Shown piece by piece: positions 1-15,500 of a stretch of DNA of 64,000 nt. The position numbers and the translations under genes are program-made. Source of the DNA: the human T2T-CHM13v2.0 reference genome, Homo sapiens; assembly GCF_009914755.1 (NCBI RefSeq), contig NC_060930.1. One strand, 5' to 3'. Every line of letters begins with the position of its first letter. Position 1 is the first letter of the stretch. The notes beneath the pieces are model-generated. The model had not been told where the DNA came from and made no database searches. It saw only the letters and a list, made by a program, of their open reading frames with translations.

Positions 1-1810
1 TGCAATTTCATTGCAAGATGAGCTACCTAGAAGCCATTTTTGGGAAAACAACCACTTAAATTTAGAAAAGAATTTCCTATAGGAAACTGTAATGCAATAA
101 TAAAATCCCTGAATCTTAACTCATGATTGAATTTTCTTTTAAACTCTCCTATGTGACCACAAAGTACTTCGTGTGTTTTCCAAGAGAAAAAAGTCAGTCT
201 TTTACTGTTACACTTTCCTGGTTATTCAAAATAATTTTTATTGTACTACAGAATATTTGTTTCTAAGTACAGGTGTAAATTAAAATTATTCTTGTGTACT
301 TCTCTTATCCTTTTTCTAGCATCAAATTTTGCCAATCTGATTACTTTGTGGATATTCTCCTGTGTGATATTTAAATGAAAATAGACATTGGAGAATAGAA
401 TTCCCTATCTCCTCAGCAGATAGGCTCTAATAAACCATTATTAAAATTGGCTTTATGTATTAATATTATATTAACTTTGAAAAATAGAAAGGATAAAACT
501 GATAAATTTCTTTGGACAGAAATAGTGCTGAGGGACCTTGAAGCATTTGGGACTATAAAAAACAATCACAATGTGTTTGCCCCAGCGTAGGTTTGTAATA
601 AAATCAGATTTAGTTTGTGTATCCTTTGGGAAAATCTTAAAAAAAAATACAGAAAGACATTTTATGAAATATATGTTTGTCAATTTCTATAGTTAATAAT
701 ATAAATATAAAAATAATTTGTAAATGTCTTATAAATAGTATTTATAAATAATATAAAGCAATATATTGCACATTTACACACCTCTAAAAGGTTTAAATTT
801 GTCATATTTTACTTTCATGTGAAGCTTCATTTTAACTTTTAACACTTATGCTTTTTAAATATTTACTGCTTGCATCCACCAGTATAGAGACTAGTATTAA
901 TCCACAGACTTTTTGCTAAAACTCAACTATCTTGATAATATATGAGGAGGATAAGAATTGATAGTGAAACCCTGCCTGCCTGAGTTTACAGGCTTATGTG
1001 TTCTAGAATTAGAACATGTTTCAAAGTGCTTTTTGAATATTTTTTGTAAAGTATGTATTTTGAAGAAAAAGTGGTTATTTCTACAGAAATCTTTACTATT
1101 GACCTTTCTTTTACTTGTTGACTCCTGCCCTCATTAAACTTCATATGAAAAAGGTGCCTGAATGGAATTTAAATTTTCTGAACTTATCTAAATCTGAAAA
1201 TCTACCTCAGATAGGTGAAATTTACATTAATTATAGATTTCTAGAACCGGATGCACGGCAGTTTTTATCTTCCTCTCTTTGGTGGCATTTGATACATATA
1301 CCCAGTGCCCATGGCAACAGTGACCCCCAACTTGTCCAGGAACTGAGATTTATCTTGCCTTCCTCTACGAAAGCAATTTTAATGGTGATGTTAACTCGTA
1401 AACTTTAAATTAGTCAAAAAGTGATGTTTGCTTCTCTAAAAACAAAAATACTTCCTGGGCAGGATCCAAGCCTATTGCCTTTCTTTGGAGATGTTAGCCA
1501 TTTAATTTGTCTAACTCTTATATAGAATTCATTATAAACCCTGTCTCAGAACTGTACCGACATTTTTGTGTGTCAGTGTGTATAGTTATTATTTTGTTTG
1601 GCAACTTTACACTTTCAGGACGATAAAATATTTCAGAAAACTATTTATGAATGATGTTTATGTTTAGAAATCAATCAGATTGCCTTATTTGAGGTCACAG
1701 AATTTATTGTTTTGGTTCCCAAAAAGTCTTATTTTGGCCCACCAATGAATATTAAATATTGGCTTTTTTCTTTTAACCACTAAATTTGAATTAACATATA
1801 TATATGTATA

Positions 1811-1873
1811 AATTACAATTATGATATATATAACATAATTGTAATTGATTGATTTGATTTCAAATCAAATCAA
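1811..1873. repeat. Two adjacent near-perfect palindromes
   Basis: 13-bp arms at 1811-1823 and 1834-1846; 12-bp arms at 1849-1860 and 1862-1873. Confidence 0.9.
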
Positions 1874-4735
1874 ATCTGACCTACATTTTTATCTGTGGAA
1901 AAATGGCTTTTAACTGAATGGTATCGTATTTTCATATTTGGGAACATGTAATTCATTAATTCAAACATTATTTAAAAAATCAAAATCACAACCTGTCTGT
2001 TAACTCTTTAATTGTGCTTAGCATTAAATTGCCCTAAACTAAAATAAAAATCTTAAATGAGAAAAATCAGTGTTTAGTTAGATTATTAATTCCTTTCCAT
2101 GAGATGATTATATACTTACTGATTTATTGTACTCATATTAGCACTATAGTTCTCGAATGGTAAAATCCGAGATCCTATGCACACTAGTTGAGAGTTTCAG
2201 GACGCTGATTACGAAAGCGTTCTTTGCCCTATCCTTATAGGCCAATTAACTTATATCTGAAGGTCAGCCAATTTCCAGACAATTGCTCTGGACTCAAATT
2301 CTAGCTGGCAGGAAGCACATAGGCTTTGCTGTAAAATATTTCTTTTTGTTTTCTAGAGCTCAGGTGCCAATGCTTAAGTGCTCTCTTTTCAACACTTAGT
2401 TCAATGGAAGTAAACAGTTATTAAACTTCGGTGTCAAGGGTTATTAGACGGTAATGCAACTAACTATCTCTACTTTTCATTTAACTATTCATCATTTGAA
2501 GGAGTGAAGTAAGGAAAACAAAAGTCTCTAATTTCCCACTAATAGTGAGAAAACTAATCTGTTGAAAAAAATTTCTGTACCCAATATTCATGCATTGTAT
2601 TGGCTTGAGAAACCCAGGTTTTCAGAAATAATAGGTATATGAGTTAATAGAGAAATAAACAGTCCACTAGTGTATATTCAGTCAATTGCAGGAAACATCT
2701 TTCATACGTAAATCAGCATTTAATATAAATCTCTTTCTTATGCTTTCTATTTCTCAATTCCCTCAAACAGTACTATCGGGGTGCCAACTTTTTTCCAAGG
2801 GAAGTAGTCAATATACTTCAAGGAAAACTATACTTTGTAGGTCATATGGTTGGGGGCAACTCATTACTGGAAAGAAATTTCTTTAAGCAAACATATTCTA
2901 AGATGGAGAGTCTGCATTGTGCTAAGACTGTTGGAAACCCATGTACAGTGTGGTTTCTCATTATCATCACACAGGATCTCTGTGGAAAACTATGGCTTAT
3001 ATTCTTTATTCAAGGCTGACACATTCTCCTGACATTAAGTCAAAACAATGTACAATCAAATAACTTTCTTTTTTACATTTTTACATTGTTGTCTAATGGA
3101 AAACTATATTGCTTCTTTTTCCATCTACCAACATCCAGTGAATATTTTGTGAGTCAATGCCAGTAAGAAAGTATAAAGAGAATTTTGATAGATTTGTATC
3201 AGGTATTTTTTAGTGGAGAATTTAAATTATTTCTTAATTTAAAATAAATTTAACTTTATTTGGAACTAATATTTTTAAAACTAACTGGGAATGTTTATTT
3301 TGTTCCTACTTGAAAAATTTCTTGTATACATATCAAGCAAATTATTTCCATAAATTTCATAGAAAATAAGAAATGTGTGACATTGATCCGGTGTACACAA
3401 AACAGAGCTAACATGCATCTTTAGAAGAAAAGATGCTACTTTCAGAGGTTAACAATTATATAGCCCAATAGAGGAAATAGAAACATTTTTTGGATTTAAA
3501 GTAGTAATATGAGTTACAAAACAAAATTTGTACTGAGAAAACTGTCACCAAAAATAAACAAATAAACAATAAAGAAGCAACTAATTAATAAGATAAATAA
3601 TTTAAAAATTATTCTGAAAACTGTTGTTTTCTACCTAGAAAAAAATACACAGAAACCAAAGAGAAAATATACTTATAAAACAAAATTATATGAATAATTT
3701 ACACATTCCTGAAAAACAAAACCTATAGTGTAAAATATTTATTTAAAATACTTATAAAATATAATTAGGAAAAAATGGAAATTCATAGTAAAGGTATGTG
3801 GCATAATATTTCAAACATTAAATATGATATTGAGATAGATCTTAAAACATTAAGAATAACACAAAAAACATGAAGATAAAATATGGAAAACAAAATATGT
3901 AATTATAAAAGAATAGACACATATGTATGTTCAACATTTGCCAAATGAATGAATGATATTGGAAAGTCAACCAAAAAAGTCTGAAAGTTTTTATCATGGA
4001 GTAATTCACTCACTTACTCTATTTATTTATTCAATAAATATTCATTGGATATTTATTATATAATTTAAAGATTGATGAAATGTTTCGTTTTGTGAAGGCA
4101 CTTAGAGTTTAACACAGCAGGATCAATAAAAATGAAATATAATTTGGATTCAAAGCAATACATAAGTGGCATTTCTGAGATGAGGAAAATAAAACATTTA
4201 TTTCTGTTCAATAAATATTATTATTTATGTTCAATAAATAAAACGTTTATTGGTTATATAACCAGTATGTTCAGAGATCTCACATATAAAGCCCGTAGGA
4301 TGTCCTATATTCAAAGGCCTTGGGGTAAAAAGATGAGTATGCCAAAGTCTCCATCCGTAGGGAATTAGTTTTTACTAGACAGAGATAAGTAAACAGTTAA
4401 AATATAATATGATACTTATTGTAGTAAGTAAAAGCATAACTAAATTGCTGTGTATGGAAGCGTAATAAACGATCATCCATTACTGCACAGAGGAGGAATT
4501 GTTTTACCTATATTTTGAAACAGTAATTAAGATACATGCATAAGGTAGTGAAAAGGGAAAGAGTACACCTTCTATAGAAGACATGAGGACACAAATAATT
4601 GAGAACTACAAGATGCAACAAAGTCTATGTTCAGAAAATGGAGAAATGCATTATATTTCTGACAATTTAAGAAAAGAACCATTGTTTCTCTCTCTTTCTA
4701 CTCAGTCTTTAGGTAACATATTTTGCAAAAAGTTC

Positions 4736-4861
4736 ATATATACATGATATACACATCCGTATATAACATATACATAAATGCTATGTATGCATATACATAA
4801 ATGTACTATATATAGAGATACATGCATACATCTACATAGACATATGTAAACATCCACATAT

Positions 4862-4892
<31 letters not shown>

Positions 4893-4895
4893 TAT
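4736..4895. repeat. (TA/CA)-rich low-complexity tract with (CA)n core
   Basis: Directly visible. Confidence 0.85.
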
Positions 4896-5297
4896 GTACT
4901 TGTTGAGATTTAATATTTCCAAATGATAATACTGAAGACTTTCAAGAAAAAATATTCACCAATAGCAAAATACATATGAGGTAGCTCTCAGTCTTTTTGA
5001 GCAACATTAATACTAGAGAAAAATGAATAAAACTTAGCTCTGAAGGAAGACGGCTCTGATATAATAGGTCTTCATTTAGCTAAGTTTTCTTTATATAAGA
5101 AGGCAGCAAAAATACCTTTAAGTCTGCAACCATAAAAGTATGTCACATAATTATCTTTTATAATAAATTATCTTGTGTAAGTACAATGATAAGTGAAAAG
5201 CAAATACTCAGAAGAAACTGTGGCTAGATATCCTAGTAAACATCAAATTCAGTTAAGCACAAAAAAAGATAGTTTTGAATAATGACTTTACAAATTA

Positions 5298-5702
<405 letters not shown>

Positions 5703-6638
5703 CTAAAACTGTGAATCAGTATGTGTGGCAGCAGAATGGGACAAAGCATAGATAATTTTCGTAGAGTAGATATTTCAATTTTTATGGCTGAATATTCGTT
5801 TTTCAGCATGATAGTAATATTTCAAACAGAAGCTGATAATACACATTAGTAGACTTAAATGTATTTTATCTCCCAATTACCATAGGAAAATTTCCAGGAG
5901 TAGAAAGTAAATAATAAACACCAAACAATGTGAAAGGAGCAAGGCTAAATAAAGATAAGATTCAGTAAGAGAAAAAGTTAGGACATTGAAAAAATCTACT
6001 AAGGCACTAATTATAAAAAAATCCAACAAAATGAGAAATATGTTGAAAGTGAAAATATATATAATGATTTATCAGCAAATGCAAAGAAACAAATAATGGA
6101 GGTAAAGTAAGTGTGATTAATAATATATATTGAGAGTTTACGTAAAACAAAGTAATTGAAATAAAAACAGTTATTTTTATCAATAACACCATCTACAGTT
6201 AAAAGACTTGACAATTATAAACCTTTATAATATAATCTGATGTTATTCAAACTATTAAAAGCTAAATTGTTATACAGTTGTCTTATGGAAACTACCATGA
6301 ACTGTAAAGGGAAAGATAACAAGTAGAGAAATTATTTTGGAAAGTTATTTGGCAACATATAGTAATAATCTTAACAACTCAGATTATCTGTGCTCAGTCA
6401 TTCTAATTCTAGAAATCTGTTTTTAAAATGATAAAATGTGTGAACAAATATTTATAAATAAATGTGTTTACTAAGGCCTTGTAACAATGATAGTTGAATC
6501 ACGATATGTTCATATGATCATTTTGTGTAGTCATTATAATTATGGATTTGATTATCTTTGGTGCCAGGAGAAAATGCTCACAATAGTGTATAAACAGAAT
6601 ATAATTAGTAATTGTCATAATTATAGCATACTTATAAA

Positions 6639-6699
6639 CACACTATGTTGAATACTTTTTCATTTAATCACACTATGTTGAATACTTTTTCATTTAATC
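6639..6699. repeat. Perfect 30-bp tandem duplication
   Basis: cacactatgttgaatactttttcatttaat occurs twice in tandem. Confidence 0.95.
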
Positions 6700-6850
6700 T
6701 TCACTATAGTTTATGAAGTAGATACTATTATTTCCCATTTACAGATGGGAGAATTGTGACACAAAGAAATAATGTACCCGAGTCACCTGATGTTAAGTGG
6801 TGGACATAGGATCCTGGCAGTCAAATACGCTGTCCATAAAAGCTGGGCCA
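6660..6850 (-). mobile_element. MIR fragment
   Basis: catttaatcttcac...tactattatttcccatttacagatg. Confidence 0.6.
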
Positions 6851-8118
6851 TTAACAACAAGGCTATGATGGAAACTGTGCAAGGAATGTGTGTGGAAAGA
6901 CAAATGACAGGAAAAAATAGGACCACAATATTAACCATGATTGACTCTGGGTGTATTCATAGGATCAAAGTTTAAATTGATCTTCTTCTTATATCTTCTG
7001 CATATTTTATAATCTCATGACAATTAATATGCATTCTTTTTCTGACCACAAGAAGAAATCAAAGAGCCAATCAGAACATAAAATAAAAATGAATAAAATC
7101 ATAATTTTCTATAGCTCCTTATGACTTTTGAAGCACTTTCATATTTCTTGTATCTAATTGAATCCTTATAATTAGAATGGCCCTATAATTTATTACACAA
7201 ATCATGATATTTTTTATTTGTACAAGAGGGTATTATTAATGAAAACAGTACCTGGGCAAACCAGGATGTAGAGTCACCATATATAAAACAATTCTGTAAG
7301 GTCAACAGTGCTTAAGCATCTTAATTGCGTTTCAGAGCTAAAAAAAAAAAAAAGTATTTCAAAGGCTTGATCAAGTCATATGACAAAATAGTGGTTCCCG
7401 AATAGACAAAAATAGATTGCTATCACTTTGTCCATGTTTTTTGCCATTAAAACAAAACAAAACCTCTGGTGACAATTTCCTCAATGGAAGAAAGTTTTGA
7501 ATCATGTAGTTGACAATCTAGGAATATCTAAAATTTTATTTGACTTAAAATATTAAAGCCACTGATATTTCTGAAATGTCATAATATTACGCTAAGAAAG
7601 CTGAGATTTACAAAAGAGGATAACTAATACTTGTGAATATAGGAAATTGTAGATTCATGTAATATTCATCTGTGTCAGAACTCCAAAAAAACTAGAAAAG
7701 CAACTAACCAATAATGAAACTAGAGAAGTATTTTCAGATGGTAAGTTGAGTGAACATTTAGCTAAATTATTTTTATAAAAGTAATAATGGAGGGTGGCAT
7801 TATGTGAAATGGGAAATTCTTTGTATTAGTTACTTGGTTAGAAAGTTGAAAACTTTCTAAGGTTTTATTAGATAGACGACAGTGAACAAATGATGTTTGT
7901 CAGTGGTTTCACTGGTAGCATTACACATCTGAAAATCTTAGCTATTTTGCCAATTTATATTAAAAAAAAAAGTAAAATCTAAGGGAACAAATGCATGATA
8001 GGTATTAATTATGGACCAGGTATAGAAAAGTGACAGTCATTCACTGCAAAATACTATCTGCAGATGTGTCTTGTTTAGCCAAGAGTATTTGCAAATGATT
8101 TTAAATTTGAAACACTTT

Positions 8119-8430
<312 letters not shown>

Positions 8431-10088
8431 TAATTAATTTTTAAAAAATTAAATAGTTTAAGCAGGTCAACAGGCATTCTAGTTTTGACACCCCTCCATC
8501 CTTCCCTACCCAGGTCCCCAGCAGGCCCTCTACTAGCCCTGGTGGTGCCTTACCGGAAACTCAACTAAAGCACCTGCTCTGGGAACATGCAGCCCCAAGG
8601 CACACAGCTGTTGGAAAAGCAGGATTGGGATTGTGGCCCCTCCTTTCTACTGTGTCTTGACATTTTGTGAGATTTAAAAATTGCACATACTTGCATAGAA
8701 ATTCTTACTACGGCCCTGTACATTATCATGTTTCACATTGATATGACCGGCTTGGCTCCTGAAGCCTTTCATTATTGACTCTGAAATAGAATTAGGCTCC
8801 ATCTTTAGGACATTGTCATAAGCATAGTCTAATGTAAAGAAATGTAAATTGGCCAGTAGGTGGTTTAGTTTGGAAAGAATACTGAATTACTTGACTTTTT
8901 CCTTCCTAACACCAACATCAGGAATATACAGAATTTAATGGTGAGAGGAAAATTAACTCCATATGAGGAAATATGGCAAAGAGATTATGCTGATGGGACC
9001 TTTGTTAGCATATTTAGTTAGAACAGAGTAAATAATACCTGCTAAATCAATGCCATTTTAAAAAGACTTAATTTATATACAAAGACTTATTTTAAAGATA
9101 ATTTGATAGTTTTCCTTTTCTTTGAGAAAAATAAGTTGGATACTTGTCTAGGAGAGTATGGAAGACAAATTTTGTTATTGATTACTCCTGGGTATGAGAC
9201 AGTGAGGAAAAAGAACTGATTTCACATCTTCTTTTGCCTCTGCTCTTCCTTGCTGCTGATCATTGTTATATGATAGTGCAATGGTATAAGTGTCAATAAA
9301 CCATCTAATGAATGCATTTTGTGACATCCTGTGCTTACGTGTTTCTTCTGGAGGCTTATCTGCATTATCTCATAGTCTGTGTTCAGTGAATACAAAATGT
9401 CTAAACACTGTGAGTATATGACCTAATCTATCAGAAGATATTAGTTAAATTAAAATTCATATTAAATGGATCACAGAAGAAAGTATTGGAATGTGTTATT
9501 CAGATCAGATTTTACTGTCTTCTCCTTTCTTGGGAGCACTTTAAAAGGTGCAAAGATGCGTTTTTAAATCTCCAAAGATAATTCTGGGCATGGTCTTATC
9601 CCACCAGGGGTAGTGCAAAATACTATTCAATGCTTCCCTTAAGCCTACCTTTACCTATTAATTTATCTTGGATCCCTAGATTTTGCGCTGTCTTTTAGCT
9701 TTGTCTGTATAATATGGCATGTTATCTTTATGAGAGGATGAAATAGATCCATTACAGTAAAAGATGTATGCCATTAATGAGTTTCTAGCCAGCTATCAAG
9801 GTATCATCAAATGTGGTTTATCTTGGTGAATGAAAGCTTGAATGGAAAATTAAGCTCCCACACTGACTGGAGAAGTTCAGTGGATCGTTTTGTTCTTTAA
9901 TGTTACACTTCACTGAACACACTTCACAGAGCCGTGAATCATGCTTTAAACAAGCTGCCTTTACTTTAACGGCAGCAGACAATGCAGCAAAGGTGAATAA
10001 TAAGTGTTAGCAATCTTAACTTTCTTTTGCAGTACTCTCTACCACGTGCCTGATGGACAATTTACAAAGTACATATGCTATTTTATAG

Positions 10089-10232
<144 letters not shown>

Positions 10233-12105
10233 TAAATGTAGATGAACACAGAAGTGCATAGAAAAGGACATTATAATTGGAACAGCAATGAACAGAATGT
10301 ATTTTACAGTTATTTAGCAATTACTGTACAACAGATGAGTCAATGTTAATTTAGTCACAGTTTTGTTAGTCTTAAATGATCTAAATTGTATTAACGTTTG
10401 GGCTGTTTATGTTGACTAATAATACAGCTTAATGTATTACTGGAAATCTTTTCATTTTTCCAAAATTAGTTACTATTGAGGAATTGTCAATGTCAAGACT
10501 TGAAAAATACGTGCAGCTCTATAAATATAGTTAAGTGATGAGCCAAAAGTGAACTTTGCTTCTGCTTTTATTTTCCGCAAATATATTTCATAGGGCATGG
10601 CACTTATTTTTCAGAATTTTTTCTCATTATAATTATATTTTAACTTTATTTTCAATTTTATTGTTTTCATCTTGGAAAATTAATTTTACTTTATGAATTT
10701 CCCTAATGTAACCAAATGGCAAGTGCTTTTTAAAGCCAGAAATATTTTCAGCACTGACAGACTTAATATTGTTAAGCTAGATGTTTTTACCCCTCTTATA
10801 TTTATTTATATCTTTTAATTAGATCACACAGTAATGTTCGCTTATGCCCACTATGTCATTTGCAAAAGGGAATTTTAATTTAGGATAAGCAAATAGCTCT
10901 TACATTATTTAGTCAGTACTTTTCACCTACCAAATAAGCTTATCAATGACCATTCTTATTAATCCTCAGGTAGTCAGTAAAAATTGAGAGTAATATCTAG
11001 AACAAACTACCATGAACATTTAGCATTTATATAATTTCTAAATTTGATTTATGGTGGGAAATCAAGCTATGAGGAATATATATTCTTGCCCCTTTAGTAG
11101 CAACGAGGGATGTCAGATCTGTAGGCATGTCAAAATGAAGTAGCTTGGGTTAAAGCCTTTTGATAATGAAGCAAAGCTGATAATCATGAAGTGACAGTGA
11201 TGAAAGTCATAAAGTTTTTAACCAATCTGTGGCTAAGGACCTCAGTGGATACTCGCTCTCTCTGTCACATCCAAACGTCTAAGACACCCTTTTACTTAAT
11301 TTTCTATCTTCCTTTCTTTTCAAAGATAACTCCCATACCCACCAACCTAGCCCTCTTCTTCAGTCAAAATGTTCTCACAGTACAATTACACATCCTCTTT
11401 CTGATCTACATGCCACTATGTTCTGGATCTCATTACTTCCTGTTGGGACTATTGCAGTAGCCACGTAACTATTTCTTCTGCCTGTGGCTTTCCTCCTTTG
11501 CAGTGCACCCAAGTCCCACCATAAAAGTCTAATTCTGTTCCAGGCAAATGGTGACTGCTTGAACAAGGACAACATCAACAACAACAACACAACAACGACA
11601 ATCTAATCCTGTCATTTCTCTACTTCTTTGTTATACAGATTGTTAGAGAATCCTTATTGACCATTAAAAAGCCAACAAATTTAAATTTTTATATATAGGG
11701 TCCTCTATGGTCTTACTCTCTCTCACCTTTTTATCTTCACTTCCCATTATTTTCTTTCAGGAACCGTGTGTTTTAATTGAATTGGGATAACCAGTTAGCC
11801 TGCTGCATAGTTTTGTGAATGCTCTTCCCTTGCTCTGCAATATGCTTATCTCAATTTCTGAGATATAGTATTCATCAGTAATATATGACTTAATATTCAT
11901 ATTATGCTATTCTTATTTCATGTGTGCATTATTTTCCCAAATATCACTAAACATTCCTTGGAGGAATAGAATTAGATTATGTCTTCTGTTTCTATACCAT
12001 ATGTACCTCTGCAATGATCATAGGATCAATAATTCTGGGTAGAAAACATCTGTAGCCTTCAGTAATCTGGCCCCTACACTCCTTTCTATCATCTTCCTGA
12101 TCTAG

Positions 12106-12460
<355 letters not shown>

Positions 12461-13922
12461 TGCTCAATTCTTCTTTATGTTCTGCAGTAAAAATCCTATT
12501 CATTTTCTTGTATCCATCTCAAATGCTACCCACTTCATGAAAATCTTTGACAGCTCCATTAAGTTGCCTGTGTCTTGGGGAGAAGGAGGAAGTTTGTATA
12601 CTTTATGTACCAGAATACTCCATCATGGCATTATCATTTTTTTAATTAAAAAACTATGTATGTTTGTGTTTCCACTTGACATAAGCTCTATAATCAAATT
12701 TTACACTTTCTGATTTCTCAATGTCGGAGAAAAGTGCCTTGGGTATAGCAAGAGCTCAATAAATATTTGTCAAATTAAATTAAATAAATGATATTTAATT
12801 AAATGGGAAATTAGACGAAGTACAGAACTTTCAAATGACTATATTTAAATATTTTTCAAGTGTGCAGGTTATTAAAATTATCTAGTACAAATAAAGCAGG
12901 TGATTAAGAGTACCCATATAATTTCTCAATCTTGCTTCAGTATTCAGTGTTATTTTTTGAGAAGTGTTCAGATATTGCTTCTCAATCATAATCAAGTTTA
13001 TATCTCTCTATGAAGAAGTGGTATCTAATTTTATCTTCATATCAGAGTCAGCTCTAAAGCTTTAATAAATACACTAATGCCTAAAACGTACCCCATACCA
13101 TTTGAAACAGTATTTCTGGACTTTGAATCTTGGACACTTTGATTTTTTTAATTTTCACAGGTAACACAAATCTATAACCATGATTAAGAACTATAGCTCA
13201 GATTATTACTCCATATGAATAAGATGTAAGATCAACTATGGAAGATGCACTAAGCTCTCATTTTAATAAACAGGTTATTTATATTTTAGAGTATGCCAAC
13301 TACTTGTTTCTAAAAGATCCTAATATTTCCTAAAAGGATAAAATAAGGCACTTTATTTTTATACCTTTTAGTTAAAAAAAAATTCCTTTTTCTGAATACT
13401 CTGACTTCAACATATCCATAGTCAAGTAAAGAACAGATTTGAAGAGATTATGTACCTTATTTATGTAAGCTTATTTTTGATGTAATTTACTGGTATTCTA
13501 TTTGTATTTTTGGAGAAATTATGATTTTTTGATTGATGTTATGATTATTTTGCCCTTTTCTCTTGAAATATCTTAGAGGAAATTCTGGCTACATTATGAA
13601 TAATGACATTTCTCCCATATCCCTATCATGGGAAGGAGATACAAGGAGATGTTAACTTGTGCTTCTTGTTCAACATTTTTATTACGTGTCTTTAAAAAAT
13701 GATGAGGTATTCTGGAATTCAGCACTATCCACAAGCTAATTATAATCAGCTCTATTTCTCATGAATTCTATTCATTCACTTATTTAATTTTATTCATTAT
13801 TTTATTTGATGAATATGTATTGAATAATAATGATATACTAAGCACTGTATTTAAAGCTAACAAAATAGACATGATCGCTTCCCTTATTGAACTTAGAAAA
13901 TGGCAGGAATTCATATGGAGAG

Positions 13923-13926
<4 letters not shown>

Positions 13927-13960
<34 letters not shown>
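13927..13960. repeat. (AC)17 microsatellite
   Basis: Perfect repeat. Confidence 0.95.
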
Positions 13961-13967
<7 letters not shown>

Positions 13968-14309
13968 TACAACTTATAATTAAGATATAAAAGAAAAGTA
14001 AATGATACGGTGCCTTAATATACAGGGTAATTTTGAGTTATACTAGATGTCAGGAGTGGAAGGGCAAGTCAGGTTAGGACTCACAGTAGAAGAATAGACA
14101 GCTGAGACTGAGAGTTTGAGGAGGAATTAGCAAGGTGAAGAAAGGGCAAGGGAGTATTCTAGGCGAAGAGAACAGCATATTCAAGCATCCTAAAGCGGGA
14201 AAGGGCTTGGAAAATTTTGTGGAATTGAAAGACCATTATGACTGGTGCTAATGCCTCGATCTGCTTCTCAGCTGCTTCCAGTATAAATGTATGAATATGG
14301 TCCACTACA

Positions 14310-14530
14310 AAAAATCATAGCAGACATGTATTACATGCCTACTGTGTCCCAGACATAGTTTGAAACACTATCCATGGATTTATTCGTTTACTTGTAATAA
14401 TAAACTTTTGAAGTAGACACTATTAGCACCATTACTTATTTATAGTATTATATATATATTTTTTCTTTTTTTTAGGTTAGAAAGCTGATGTTTATACAGC
14501 CTAAGTATTTTACTCATGGCCATACAACTA
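14310..14530 (-). mobile_element. MIR fragment
   Basis: cctactgtgtcccagacatag...aagtagacactatta. Confidence 0.45.
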
Positions 14531-15500
14531 GAAGGTGGAGTAGTTGTAGGGTTTCAACCAATCTGTTTATCCAACCTGAGCAGCTGATACTATAAAATGA
14601 AAATTCTAGTGGTCAAATATAGAAAAGGCTAACACTTATAGTTTATGATCAAAATAGCATCTTGATTGATAATTATTTACCTAAAGCAATGTTTCTCATC
14701 CAGAAGTCCCACATATGCTAGAACTTTGTGATGCCCTTAGAGATGTGCCTCCAAATATCTAAACATTTTTTCTCTACGGAGAACATTATTTAGGCTACTC
14801 TTGCGTGAATATGTTGGGTTTCTAGTCTCTGCACTCCCCTCATTTAGTACTTAGTTTTCTTTTACTCTCTTTAAACTATAATCTCAGATTCTCCTGGGCA
14901 ATCAAGACGGTATAGGAGCTCACTTCATTTTTTCTCTTAAGAATTGCAATGTTTACACATGTTTTTACTCCACTTTAATAACATGACCTAGACCCAGTAC
15001 ATTGTACGGGTACAGTACATAGTTGTATTATGCAGTAAATTTACATAGAGAGCATTAAACATTTATTTTATATATTTTTTTATTTTTGAATTAAGATTTA
15101 TGATATAAAATTGGAGATTTATGGATCGTCAACTACAGGTCTATGCCTAAAGCTCAGCTCTATTTATGCCCTAATTTTATTGTTTGTGATTTTCCATATT
15201 GCCTCTTTCATCTTTGAATTTCAAGTTCGGTTGTTGTTAAAATTCTCTGTTTTTTTGTGTTTATCGTTATTAATGGAACTAGAACTATTATCTTTCAAAT
15301 TATATTTTCATTTATGATGATTTTATTTATTGCATAGAGGTTGTTAAAATATGAGTTCCTAATTGTCAAAAATAATAACAAAAATACAATTTTTGAGCAA
15401 GTAGTAGAGAGATTTTAAAGTATAACGTGCTAAACCTTCAGTTTGTAACCTGGTCTTGTTGCTGCTGCTGTTAGCTATGGGAAGTATCAGGGGACTAAGT

